DNA from: Catajapyx aquilonaris
Taxonomy: Eukaryota
Assembly: GCA_000934665.2 (NCBI GenBank)
Contig: JYFJ02004139.1
Span: forward strand, 1 to 34,490
DNA: 34,490 nucleotides
Reading direction: 5' to 3'
This document shows positions 12,601 through 26,000 of the stretch, piece by piece. Under the pieces are notes generated by a model. It was not told the DNA's origin, made no database searches, and saw only the letters and a list, made by a program, of their open reading frames with translations. The position numbers and the translations under genes are program-made. Position 1 is the first letter of the stretch; each line of letters opens with the position of its first letter.

Positions 12601-15600
12601 TAGAAGCGCTTTACGATTGACGTAGCAGCGACGTGTAAAATGGCCCACTTCGGCGCCATCGAAAATATTAGCTGCACACTATGCAACCACATGCAGCTAA
12701 TATTTTCGATGGCGCCGAAGTGGGGCATTTTACACGTCGCTGCTACGTCATCGCAAAATCACTGCTATTAATCGCCGTTATAAAACGACACTTGAAGTTG
12801 GTCCACCCTGTATTTTGTTTAATTTATTACAAGTGTCTTTCGAAAGCATCATGCGTGTTTTGTCATTTCGTAAGCAAAATCCACATGGGTGAGGGAGTAG
12901 CAACATCTTTTGTTTTGTTCTGGTTGCCCAACTATCCAGGGTGCCAATCTACGCACATGCCACACAAGTCACAATCACAGTGATGAACTACGGGGATCCT
13001 GTGTGTTCCTAAGTTGTCTACTCAGCGGGAAGGTGGAGGGGGCGGGGGGAGGAGATGTTATATAGTGTGCCCTTTAGCGAACAACATCGAGCACTCTCTG
13101 GTGGGAGCCCCCGATATGTGTCCTTGTACAGTACGTACCTCACTTCCATTGTTGTTGCTTCCATCACAAGCGATAGGCAGACCAGTGTGATTTTTTTTCC
13201 GATTTGGGTTGCGTGTGGGGGGTGTCGTGTCATATACCTTTATATGTATCGTCTGAACTCCCATGCACTCAAAATACTCAAAAGAGCATACAGGAGTGGA
13301 TGTTTTCTTCCGTTGTTTGTGAAGTTGCTCTGAAGGAATTCCGTATCCTCCAGATGCAACAAATCCAACGCAATTCAGAAAAAACAAGTCTCACACGAAA
13401 AGACGTGGTTTGCCATCGGCTGACTCTCAACCTGTGCTAGAAAAATGGCGGAAAATTTTCATAAGGAAGTAAGAAAACATAAAAATCAGTTCGAAGAAAA
13501 AAGCACAAACAGTTCGGTGCTTGTGAAGAGCTAAACTGCTAGTTTAAAAATTCCACCACTGGTTATTAAAAGTTATACTGAACAGATCCATTCATAAGGT
13601 ACGTAATTTTATACAAAAGTTAATTTAGGTTTTACCAACATAAAACCGCTTTTCACTGTCACTTGAGAGAGTAATGAAGGTAATAACCATTTGAACCAGA
13701 GTCAACTAAAAAATGAGAACTTGGAGAAAATAAGCTTATTTAACACCGACTTCAATATTTAAAACGTGTATGAAACCTGCACGTTGTGATGAATGTGCTC
13801 CAATAAAAACACCGTAAAAATTCACACGTGCTGCAATATGAAAATGTAGCAAGTCCAAAAAACTAAGAAACAAATGGTTTCTTTGGCGGCTGTTTTTACC
13901 TTCATAAATCGACCGCGAATGGCGTTTGGGAACCATCCCGCAGAGTTTGATATCGTCGCATTCGTTTCCTGGCGATAAAATGTACATATTTTAGAATACG
14001 ATACGCTATGAATGTATTTACTTTTAATTTCTTAATACTGTTTTTTGTATTGCGTTATACGGAACAAGGAATGTTGGTAGTGTTGTTATGTACTGTATAT
14101 GCATATTTTTCAATTATTTTGCCTTGTACAAATAACTGCTGACAATGGGTAAGATTCATGTCAAAAGAAGAGCATTGCATTATCATGATACTCCAAGCAT
14201 AGAGACTTTCTTTTACCTTGAGTAGTTGAGTTGATATAATATGTCTCATAATAAATTAATTACTTAATCGGTAAAATATCTCTGACGTAGCTTGTACAGT
14301 ACTGTACTATCGGGTTCAAATACTTTTGGCCACTCTATCCTGGTCTTGAAGCAACCCTCCACACATACACCCTCCTTAACGTGGGGTCTGTGCGAAGGGT
14401 TGCTTCAAGACCAGGATAAAGTGGCCGAAAGTATTTGAACCCGATAGTACAGTACATGTACGAAAGGAAAGACTTGGGAGACGTTTTATGCAAAGCACAC
14501 GTTTATAAAACTGGTTTCAGTTTTAGATAGTGGACATGGTTCTCCAAAATATGATAATCATCGTTCAATGATTACTATGAGCATTTTGTAATGGTCAAAG
14601 AGTATGATTGCATTAAAAATAATACTTATTAAAACTTTTACTGTCTTTCCATAATAAGGTCTTTATAAAATAAATCGTGTATGAAAAGTTCATTGTTTAG
14701 ACTGTCAATGTGTCAGAAAATATTATTACATATTCTGTATGCTGCAGGTATTTCAAAATTATATTTTAATCAAGCTTAAGGCCCAGAAATGGTCAATGCC
14801 GGTGCTTTTGGTATGTGAATTATTAAATCTGAACCAAGTGACTGATGCAATGCTTGTTTGGTCTATGAACTTCCCAGTTAGTAAAAATAATAATATTGCA
14901 GTTGTTGATGCAACCTTTCCTGGGTCAGTGAATTGACTGCAATGCCATTTCAGAGTAGACTTCATGGTAAACGATTGTGACAATGTGCCCAATACTTACG
15001 CTTACTCAGGATGCCACTACCAAGCCTTACCTTTAAGAGATGACAAAAATTGACCACTGTATAAGCCAAAGCATGGATGGAATGAATGGGAGGGAAAACA
15101 CCGAGACGCACAAACACGCACAAGGATGGGGTCAAGCTGTCAAACAAAAGCCTGCAAGCTTGCTTCTACAGCAGGGCCGATTTAGTAACGGTACCCGGTG
15201 TCTCTAGATTTAGCGGCTGACGTGTAACGGGGTACAACCGTTGATATGAGGAGGTGAAGCACAGCTGCCTTCTACCTACAGTAACTAGCTGTGTAAAGCT
15301 CTGCTGCGAGGTACGGATTTAAGGGCCGATGGGGTGGGTTTGGCTGAATTGTTACCTGCTGCCTGATAAGTGGCGAAGACAGCATCAAACCGATTCGGTT
15401 GAGCACAGAGGGGAGTCGCTGGAAGAAAGAAGGGGGAAAAAGCAGAGGGGCAACCTCTCAGTCACTAGCGCGCTTGCTGCAGATAGATCTATACAAAGAA
15501 CGATGGATGCAGATGCTGCTCGCCAAATGACTAACTTCTTTGTCACATCCCACCCGCACCCGGTTTCAACTTGCAAAGATGGAGGAGCCACGTGCACTGG

Positions 15601-17043
15601 GGAGTGGAGAGGAGGGAGCAGGGCTTTGGGGGGAGTGGGAAGGCAGACAGGCAGGTTTTGGGCCAGGCAGATGTGAGTCGCCCCATACCTTCATGTGCGT
15701 TGCATGCATGTTTTGGTCATTCTAAGGTGTCATGTGTCGCAGTGTTGTTCGCGCGCGCGTGGGTGCGTGTTTGTGCGCGCCGTATCAGGCTTGTTACCTT
15801 CTTGTTTTGGCTAACTAGTAGCTGGTCTCAAACTGTGACACTGCAAGGCGTTTGGATTAGGGGATCACTCCCAGGCGGCATAGCTAGTGGTGCACCTCTA
15901 GCTATCAGGAAGAGTAACAGCTTGTGGCTTAGTATTAAAATGTCAGAATTACACAGCGTGGATTTTGATCAATATTAACAAGGAGTAGTCCCCTTCTCCT
16001 ACTGCCACCAGTCAATGTTCCAGACTAGTGCGAGTGACCAAAAAAACAGTGCCAGAACCTACCTGTACATAACCAAGTCCAAGCGAAGGAAGTGGGTGTT
16101 TAACCTGGACCATATTTTCTGTCCCTGGTCACACTCGATATTTCCCCCACTTTGTAATGGCTTGGGAGGAAGTGAAGAGAGAGAAAAGAGAGATAGCGAG
16201 AGACAGGTGAGGAGGTAGTAAGTTATCATGCAGGTAATGTTGTTGGAGGGTTGTTAAAAATAATACTTTTTGCCCATGCCAAAGCCTCTCGTTGAATGTG
16301 CAGAGGCTCTATAAGGTATAGCGTGAAAAAAATGCCCAGCTCTTTTCAGTGGTCACCAATAACCGGCCATGGCGAACCGGCAAATTCTGTTGAATGAGTC
16401 CAACTAAAAGGAAAGGCCAAATGAGAGTCGAGTGGGCCACAGGGCATTTTTTGTAAAGTGAGAACCTGACCTCGATGCTGAAGCGGAAGCATAGGCAGGC
16501 GCATAGGGCAAAGAGAGAGAAAAGAGAGCGAGCGAGTCTTACGAGTGTGATGGTGGGGTTCCTAGCTGGCTCTTTCCAACCCATGAAGAGCTGAGGGGTT
16601 CAGCCATAAATAGCGGAAAATATCTGAGATAACGTGATCAGACGTGTTCCTTAACCATTCCACTCCGAAACTGATCATATGCTAGTGGAGGGAGGGGGGG
16701 TCGGGGTGTGGGGGGCTGGGGGTGTGGGGTGTTTGCATGATTTCACAACACATATATGTCACAATCAAGGATAGGAGACACAGAGGCTACCAAACTGCAA
16801 TTCGTTTCACCTACTGTATTAGACGGTGAGTGCCAATCAACGGACTGGTAGAACTGTTTCAGCCGTGAGTTACAACAGGAGCAGTGAAAACAACGCAACA
16901 GTAAGACTAACGAAACACAGTTAATGCAGCAGTGTACACAAACTGAGTTAATACAACCAGCTAACCACCATGTTAATGTGTTATTAGGCCAAGAGGGCTG
17001 CTTATTATATCATTAGGTATCATTAGCCAGTTATATGTCACCC

Positions 17044-17094
<51 letters not shown>

Positions 17095-20000
17095 GGTTCG
17101 TTGTTAGGATTATTATGGAGGCGAGTAGTAGGGTTTGGAGAAAAGATTCAGGCAAGGAATTACCCAGTTATGTTGTGTTAATTTTGGCACCAATTATTTG
17201 ACATTCTGTATATAAAGAAATATGTATTTAATATCACGGGGTTTCCTAGTTTCGGAAGTGGGAAGAATGGGGGGAGAGTACAGTCATGCCCAAAACTTGC
17301 GATGAACCCACAAAAAATCGGCCAAGAAAGATTTTGTCACCAAGGGTATCTTTACTTGTGGTTGTTGGGAGGACGAAGAACGTCTCCTTTCCCCGCACAC
17401 GCCTCCACGGTTTTGAGTTTCTCGGTTCGGTACTCTTAGCTGCAATAAAAGACGTTTGAGCAAAGAGCGATTCATGCAGAGTTCGCTTTTTTTTAGCTAT
17501 AGATGGGCAAGAAATGTATAAGAAACGTGGCGCAGATAGATAGCCGTACGAGATTTAAACGAATAAATACTGTAGTAGGCATAGGGTAAAAATAACAGTA
17601 GTTTCGGAAGTGACGGTAGGGTTTTGGGGGGAGATGGGCAGATGGGCCGGGGGTGGGGTGGGGGGAGAATTACTACATAAAGAATACTTAGGGTTACAAA
17701 TGAAATGGAGGAAACCACCCATACATGAATTAATGTAATTTTCTTTTCCTCCTGGCAGTCGGCCACGTGATTAAAAAGAGGGAGATTTGGCGGGCGGGGG
17801 TGGGGGGTTGGGGGTCTGGGGTTTACTGGGCTAGTGAAACAGACACAAGTGTGCGCTACCTGTACGACAGGATTTTCCCCCGAACGGTAGACAACGTTGT
17901 GTCTCGGCCTCTTCCTCCCGACGTAGTTGACGCATACGAATTCTAGTAGACTGGCGTAGATGAAGCACATGCACACGCCGTCCCAGACGTTTATGGCTGT
18001 TAGATTCGACACCACTGGCAACGTTCCACTGAAAAGTAATTACATCCATTAATATACACATTGCAATCAGTACGTCAGATCCCCTTTGACGAAAAAAAAC
18101 TTAGGTTAACCTATTATGACAAGCGTCATTTTAAAGGCGATAATTTTGCCATCCTTGCTACGTATATTTAGATTAAACTGAAGGACCTGAAGTACTTTCC
18201 ATGCTGGAGGTATAAGTCATCTTGAAATGGTTCTCATTAGATCGGTTTTATGATCGAGAGGATGTAGCATCGGTGCATGACCACGCCTAATAATCTGGCA
18301 GCTGCTATAAAATGAGGTCGCCATTTTGCGTCTACTGTACTTGCTCCAATTTTAATCCACTTTTACTACCCTTCGAATGCAGGGCTGTCAGAAGTTGTTA
18401 ACTCGTTTAGTCAGTTCGTAAAGCCACGCAGTATGGTGGGATGCTCAGCCGCTGACCGAATTTGACGAGGTTAGCAGTAGCTTCAGGGCAAACTATTGCA
18501 TGGACCTAGTTTGTTCATGCTGCATAGGAGCATGGCAGAATGGCACGAAAAGAGCCGCCGGCCCTCCCCACGGAAGAAAGGAACGACCTAAAAGAGGGGG
18601 ACTGGGACATTGTTTTACTTTGCATAAGCCGCCTGCATCACAATTGCACTTTTGAAAGCTCATTTAAATACCTGACTAGTACTGCATGGATGATTCACAT
18701 TCTGAATCAATGTCAACATTATTTTCACATTCTCCAGACATGTGTATGCACACTTGTCATGGATAGAGGCGGTACAGTGTTGGACATTTTCCGAAGCGGC
18801 AGAAAGTGCAAGCCGGGCGAACAATATTCCTTCTTTGCCGCTTCAGAAAATGTCGCTAGCAGTATGCCTCGATTAATGTCCAACACTGTACCCGCAGTGG
18901 TTTCCAACCTTTTACCAACTGCGACCCCCTAAACATGTTTCCATAAATGTGCGATCCCCACCCCCCGGCCCTTTCTACAACTGCCCAATTTCCAGACAAC
19001 ATACACTCTGTACTACCGCAAAAATTGTTCAATTTACACAGAAATTGCGAAAAAAAAGTTGAACAAAGGCTAGCGAACCCTGAGGATCGCGACCCCCTGG
19101 TTGGAAACCACTGCTGTACAGTAGTATACAAAGCAGCAGCATTTGACCTTGACAAGCTCTTTCATCCTGACCACTATGCAACCCAAGCTCTTCTCTTGTA
19201 TACAGAAGGCTCTACAAGTCAGGCGCATTTGAGAGCCTAGCACTCCACCCAAAATCCAGCTAATATTCGAGCTGTATTACTGCACACGTGAGGATGGGAT
19301 TTGGCTAGTCCTGTGTGCGTGTGCTTGAAATAAGACCTTGAAAGCTGTCAGGCAGCACACGAGCAGAATGTGGCAGGTAGGCAAGCACATGAGAATGGAC
19401 CTAGCCCACTCAGTAATTGCAGGATATGCTGCACTTAATCGGGATAATTGTATGTACGCACCGGAACCCGTTGGAAGTGGTGAAAAAGTTGAGCATTGTT
19501 GTGACTCCGATCATGACCCGGGCTGGTACAGCGTTCCATTCCAGCCAGAAGGTGATGAAGGAGGATGTCACCAATATGATGCCCGGGATGAAGAAAGTAG
19601 TAAAGTAGAAAGACCGGTCCCGGCTGAATATGAGCTCCACCTTGAGGCAGCTGTAGTTTCCTGTATGGATAGATGAAGCACTATGAGTTCTAGGGCAGAC
19701 ATTTTTTTGCTATTTTTTGGTGGAAAATATTAGTATGGTTTTGCTTGCATGGAGTGGTGAAATATGCATTTTTACCTCTCCAGTGACTGCTTTCGCACTC
19801 GCTGGTCGCATTTTCTATGAGGTAGGCGTTCAGGGAAGTTAAATTTGCTGATTTTTGCAGCTTCCCTGCGTCGTTTTTCCAGCCAAACACCAGCATATTT
19901 CTCTCGTATGAGACTGAAACGCAGAACGCACGCTGTATTATGAAGTGGCAAATGTTAAAAAAATAAAGCCGCAAACACTACAAATCACGCATGAAAGCTG

Positions 20001-23000
20001 TGGCAGGGATGGTAACAAAAAAGGTATAACAAATCTGAAGCGACAAGGCCGATCGACCCATTACGCATGATTATATTGATAAATGCTGCCAGTACGTTAT
20101 GTGTGGGAATTCTAAAGCCCTTCTACGTAAAACGGTCGGCGCAGTAACAACTAACCCATTGGGTGGAATGAAAGATCGCTCCTGGAATTATTGACGTATG
20201 ATAATAATCTTCTGAAAGGGAATATCTACAAAGGACACCCACTCCATTTACAGCCAATTAATCGTACTATGGGAACGGCCGTATTCATGGCGGTACGGTA
20301 CGTCACGTGTCGAACTTGTCAAAGCGAGACAGTTTTAGCTGATGTTTTCAGCCCCCTGCAGTAAGAATGTTTTTCCAACAGCTAATAAGATTAATTACAT
20401 TAGTAAATAAGGTATTTAGAGGTAATGCATCGCGTGATTAGTCAAAATAGTTTGCACGCGCTGTCATCAGTATCAGATACATCAGCATTAGCAGTACTTA
20501 GCATTAAAAGAGTTCACATAAATGTGTGTTCATGAGAGGTCTCTGCAGTGTGGGAAACATGAGTGTGCTATACTGGTTCGCAATTTATTTACATGACTTT
20601 TCAGTGTCAAGAGTGTCATTTTTTTACGAACTGTGAGGTCACCCACGCATGGGTGCCAATATGAAATCTGATTTCCTTATTAGTACCACCCACAGCCGAG
20701 TCTGTTTCACGACTACTACAAACTTGCACGCCTCCTCTCAGGCCATCTCTTGGCCGAAGCCAACTCCCACAACTAACTCCATCTCCTGTATGTGGGGTAA
20801 TATGGAACAGAACCTACTGATAAAGTGTTTTTAAAACGTCCGTTGTATGTATTTTGAGTTCGTTTCGAGTATGACGAGGCATTTTCATAAGAAATCAATA
20901 TCTGGGACAACTGGTTTCTCCTCAAGGGTATTGTGTGGACAAGAAACACGAGAAAAGTAGTGAAAGATAGAAAACCTTTTAAAAGCTTGAAAAACTTTGT
21001 ACAACTATAGAGTAGCCTATAGCTCTTTATCACGCAACCTGAGGTTCAAACTCTCCGTACGCGAATACCATTCCTATTATCCCACGACGTGGAGAGTTAC
21101 ATAATACCTGAGACAGTCGCTCATAAAAAATGAAAAATTCTCCAGAACATTTCATAGTGCCTTAGAAAACCCTTGTTTTCCCGCTCTTGGGCGGTCTCTC
21201 CCGGTAATGCAACAAGCCGTAACACGTGTGACTGTACGGCAGGCCAGTGCTCAAAATGAACAAGACCAGTGTAAAGAACAGGCTTGTTCATTAGGCATAA
21301 ACAAGAGTGGTCGGGCGTGAAACGTGGGAGACAAATCCCTCTGGGGCATTGTTATTCACATCAAGCATGCTTTCCACTCTTCTTCTTTTTTTTGCCTTCT
21401 TGTTAGTGTCTGAAAAGGACTCGTGACTGGAATAGTAAGATGCTAGCACTTGAGGAAAGAAAGACTCGGGCACTTGATTCATTCATAGGAAAGCCATCAA
21501 GCAGTTGTTGGGCAAGGAAACAAGGGCGTCTGCCCGTAACCGCTGATTTCCACCAGCTTACAAATCGGCAACGTGCGTAGAGTACAAAAGGAGCAAGATT
21601 CATGTGCATATTGATCGTCCCTTTATGTTGGCCAGTAGAGAGATTACTGGTCAATAGCTAACGACAACAAAGAGTTAGTTAGCTATAGCTACATTGTGCC
21701 ACTCAGGGATGGCATGCAACAACAAAAGCCGATGTAATAGTGTGTGCTTTGGGCACGGTACTTACTGCTCTCGACTGAGAAGGAGCATATGGGGTGGTCG
21801 AATGGAAAGATGTTCAAGTTTCCTTGGCAGGACAATATCAGGTGTCGCCTGAAATGTAATTAAATTAATATTAGCATCAATGTAAATCTCTGGTATGATT
21901 CCGTCATTTTAATGCATAACAGTGATGTTCACTGGCAGTTAGCTCAGTTAAAATGATGTATCCCGTGCGCAGTACAAGCTACGGTCAACTTGGGAAAAAG
22001 TATCCTCTACTCTATAAGGGATTGGATAAGAGCACTTGAGTGGTGCTCAGAAGAGTCCAGAGGATTTATTCCCGACTGGAGTTATTGGAGGTAATTTGGA
22101 TGACGTGTTGCAGCTTCGTGTCTGGTCTGCCACACGAGTCCTCCCATCACGAGTTTCAGCGGATTTATACGAGTCGCATTTATGCAGTCGTATACCCGGT
22201 GCCAGGCTAGGAACTCGGCTTAAGCTAGTGTGATGGGCAGGCTTAGGATGGTTATGCAAATGCATCTACTATTCCTTTTTCGTGCTGCACGGCTCTCATT
22301 ACTGCATCGATAAATTACTTTCTGGTCTGCAGTTACACCAAAAATTTGTGTCAAAAATTTAATACCTCGTATTTCTTTTTTGGGCGTGCCTATACTGACT
22401 ATTACTTTTGTTCTGGTATACCATTTTATACAATACTTCATATTACACTGGATCGGGTCCAGCCTTAAAAAATAATCCGATAATTTTGAAAGTTGCTAAT
22501 GCTTTCAGAACAATTAGCTGCATTAATGATGTAACTGGCTTTGGTGTGTCAGCTTTTCAAAATTTCCACCTATTTGCATACACAGCGCTAATCTAAATGG
22601 CATAATACGCCCAATAAACGCTGTGAGATATACTGCCTGTTAATATTAGCTCAAAACAATAGAAGGTGAAAGTGCAAGTACAGTACATCCACAATTGCAC
22701 AGCCCACGCACATTCCCCACTAATATAAATGTTGTGACGAAACATTCACTTAACTTGGGCGAAAGTCTCCAGAGAACAGCAGGGTGAGAGACTAGTAATT
22801 GACGTAGGTCTATACCGACAGTACATCGACACGCTGCCCCGTTACGTCAACCTTTGGCTGAATTATCTGTCAAACGGCAACAACATCTGCCGGAATAATT
22901 GGGATGGAAGAGTGACGGACAGGTGTTTGAAAAGGCCAAGGGCATATTCCTAACAAAAGCAATTTTTGTAGTATGTGACTTATCTGATTTTAAATGCGAT

Positions 23001-26000
23001 TTCTATCACATGCTGCACATTGCGTGGGAAGCATTTACGTAATTTGTGTAATAATATTTAGTTAGCGTGACAGACCGTGAAATGGGGAGGGGGAAACACG
23101 CGGACGTCAGAAAATGTGAAAATCACGTGAGCCACGTGTCAAAAGTGGGATGAACAATAAATTAATATAAATTTTTTTGAAACAGGCGAGAATAACTTGC
23201 GCTACTATTCCGAGAACACATCACTCAATAGCCGATATCAATAATCTTCCCTATTGAACTAACGGGAAAAACTGACAATATCTCCTTGAAGGTGGAAACG
23301 AGAGTGACAGATATCAAATTCGGGGATGGACATATTACAATTACACGTTTTTGTGTGTGTGTTGTTGTTTTTTTTTGCATCCGACGCTTCGCAACTCGAG
23401 CATGCAACTGTCGGCGTCACTGCAATTATAAATTCAGCTATTCTACTGTAGTCTATTCGTTATGGTTTATGCAGTAGTTTGGAATGTTTCCTGTAAACTT
23501 CCATCCTCTCACAGCACTTACTATTCAAAGCGGTTATGCAAATACTATTGACACGGTTCATTTTCTCCTCGACGCAACTTTTAATGCAGTTCCTCCGATC
23601 TGCATTAAAAGAACCATGTAAAAAAAATTTCAATTTGTATATTTTAAAACAAGCATTTAGCATAAATAACATTCTTCGCTGAAAGTGAGTAATTCTTCCC
23701 TGCCGGAATTGGAGTTACAAATTATCCAAGTTGTTATGTGCGCCACATCGACGAGGCCGAGTGATGACGTCATAGGACGCCGATATTCATACCAGCTCAA
23801 TATTGCCGTAACGTTGCCAGGTACAGATTTTAATGGGCGCGTCAGCCTAACCGTATGATGTAATTTGTCACATCTTCGCATCTCGCTACTAACTTCACGC
23901 TAATGCTATAACGGATTGTGAATTGCTTTGGAGCACCTCGTTTCCAGTTATTTTGATATGGCATGACAACTTTGGCGATCGTCAGCCTAATAGGCCCAGA
24001 TTTTCGCCTTTCCTGAATGTTTACAGTAAATATGAAAACCTAACTTGTAGATCAGCCAATCCATACGCCTTATGGCTCCCATTTTCAAATCGTATATGCA
24101 TACACTAACTAGGTAAGTCCAAAAATCGAGTTTGGAAATGATCCAAAAGTTGTGTCCTTGCACTTGTTTACATGCTAGTGAAGTCAGAAAATCCTTCCTT
24201 GCTAGTTCATTATAAATCTTGCACGCCGACGAAATATTCCCCAATCGATTCTAACTGTTCAAGCAGAAAACTAACTTATCCAAATGTATGTACTGGTAAT
24301 TACAATTTGACCGTAATATGACTCATGATCATGCCTTTCAGGGTAGACGAAGTGGCGTTGCGGTAACGTATGCGCCCACGGATGTTAAGGTCTCGGGATC
24401 AAATCCCGCCCGGGGTTCCCCCCTTCATCTCGTGCAGATTTGGGCCATCTCTGGCTTCGTCTCGGGTGGACCGGGGGGGAGTTCACAAAATGACCAATAT
24501 ACGACATTGCACTTGCACTTTGCACATCCCCTCCTACTTACCATTAGAACAATTAGCATATATATTATATGGTTCCAAAAATTGTGGTATTCCACTCCCC
24601 TAAGAGGGCCCAGGGCCTGGCACGGGGTACAAAAAAATGATCATGCCTTTCAGCAAATCAATCCTGCTATAGCTTTCCCCTCCTAAAAACAGCAGCATGT
24701 AGGTCACTTTCATCAGAAAAACTCCTTCCAGTTATTAATTCACGTATGGAGTCTTGTTTGCATTGCCCTGGAGCCCAATTCAAACGTATTTTGAATAAGG
24801 GCTCGCAGTTCCGCAGGCGGATTCAATATTGCATAAGCAGGTGGAACGTGGAACCCATGCAGCAAATCACTTGATTTTGGCCTCCCCTTCCCCTTTTGCC
24901 TCCCTTCATGCCAGTTTACCCTTACACCCTTTGCACGCTTCCCGTCACAGATTTGGCAGCCTCAATATACTGTACTTATCCAACTTTTCGGATCCAATCT
25001 GGAGTTGCTCGACCTGCTGCTGGAGCACAAAATCCGGGGGGGCCCTTATTTTATCGCATAGTACAAGGGTGCAAATATACCGTGAGATTATAATGACCAC
25101 TTGCAGTAGAGCATAAGGGATAAACGGAAAAGCTTGTGCTTACCTCATGGTGTAGTTGACGGTGCCGTTTCGGAAGATTCTGAGAGCCACATGAGTGGGT
25201 ACCAGTGGTTCCTTGAAGTCTCCGTGCTTGACAAAATAGGTGTCTGGCAGCCAGACACGGTCCCAATGGTGAATGGCGTTCAGATACTCGTGTCGACCGC
25301 CGTCTTCGTGGGCCACTCGAGGGTCGGACCATTGCTGGTATAGCAGGAACTCCACTTCGTATTTCTGTATGCACCAAAATTAAAGTATAAAAGTACGAGG
25401 CGTACACAATACAAATGCCAGGGATGTAGAATAAAATATACATGGTTCCAAGTTCGTGGGTAGTTTTTAAATAACTTATATCGTCCGAAGTAGTTATTTT
25501 TGTGTAGCTTGTTGTGCCCCCTATCCAGGTTTCCCATTACTCCCATGGGGTCGAATGCAGTAGTTGCTATAGAATGGGGCACACAACAAGTTACAAAAAA
25601 TAATTTCTTCTGGCGATATCAGTTATAAAAAATGACCCACGAACTTGGAACACCCTGTATTTGTTCTAAAATAGATATAATGAATCTACGAATATGTTTA
25701 TTTTAATTTCAAATGTTTGAATTTGGACTCGTTCTACTGTCATTCAAATGTTCGTCTGTACTGTACTGTATATCCGTAGAGGTGGTCTGGGCTTCTTGCA
25801 AATTCTAAGCTGACATTTTCAGCGCTGGAGTGGTGTTGGTGTAAAGGAGTTAGCGCAGTAGGCTGTTCTTAATTGAGACAACTGGAGTTCAGCTGTGATG
25901 CAATTAAAGCACAAATATTGACATTACCCAGATTGTGCCGGTAGTTGCGACTGTTGTTTCAACATTGTTTTGACTACCCTGTACAAATACTGAACCGTGA

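Noticed and set aside
15880..15905. 26-bp near-perfect palindrome ATAGCTAGTGGTGCACCTCTAGCTAT
   Set aside because: Short and isolated, with no element boundaries or other support.
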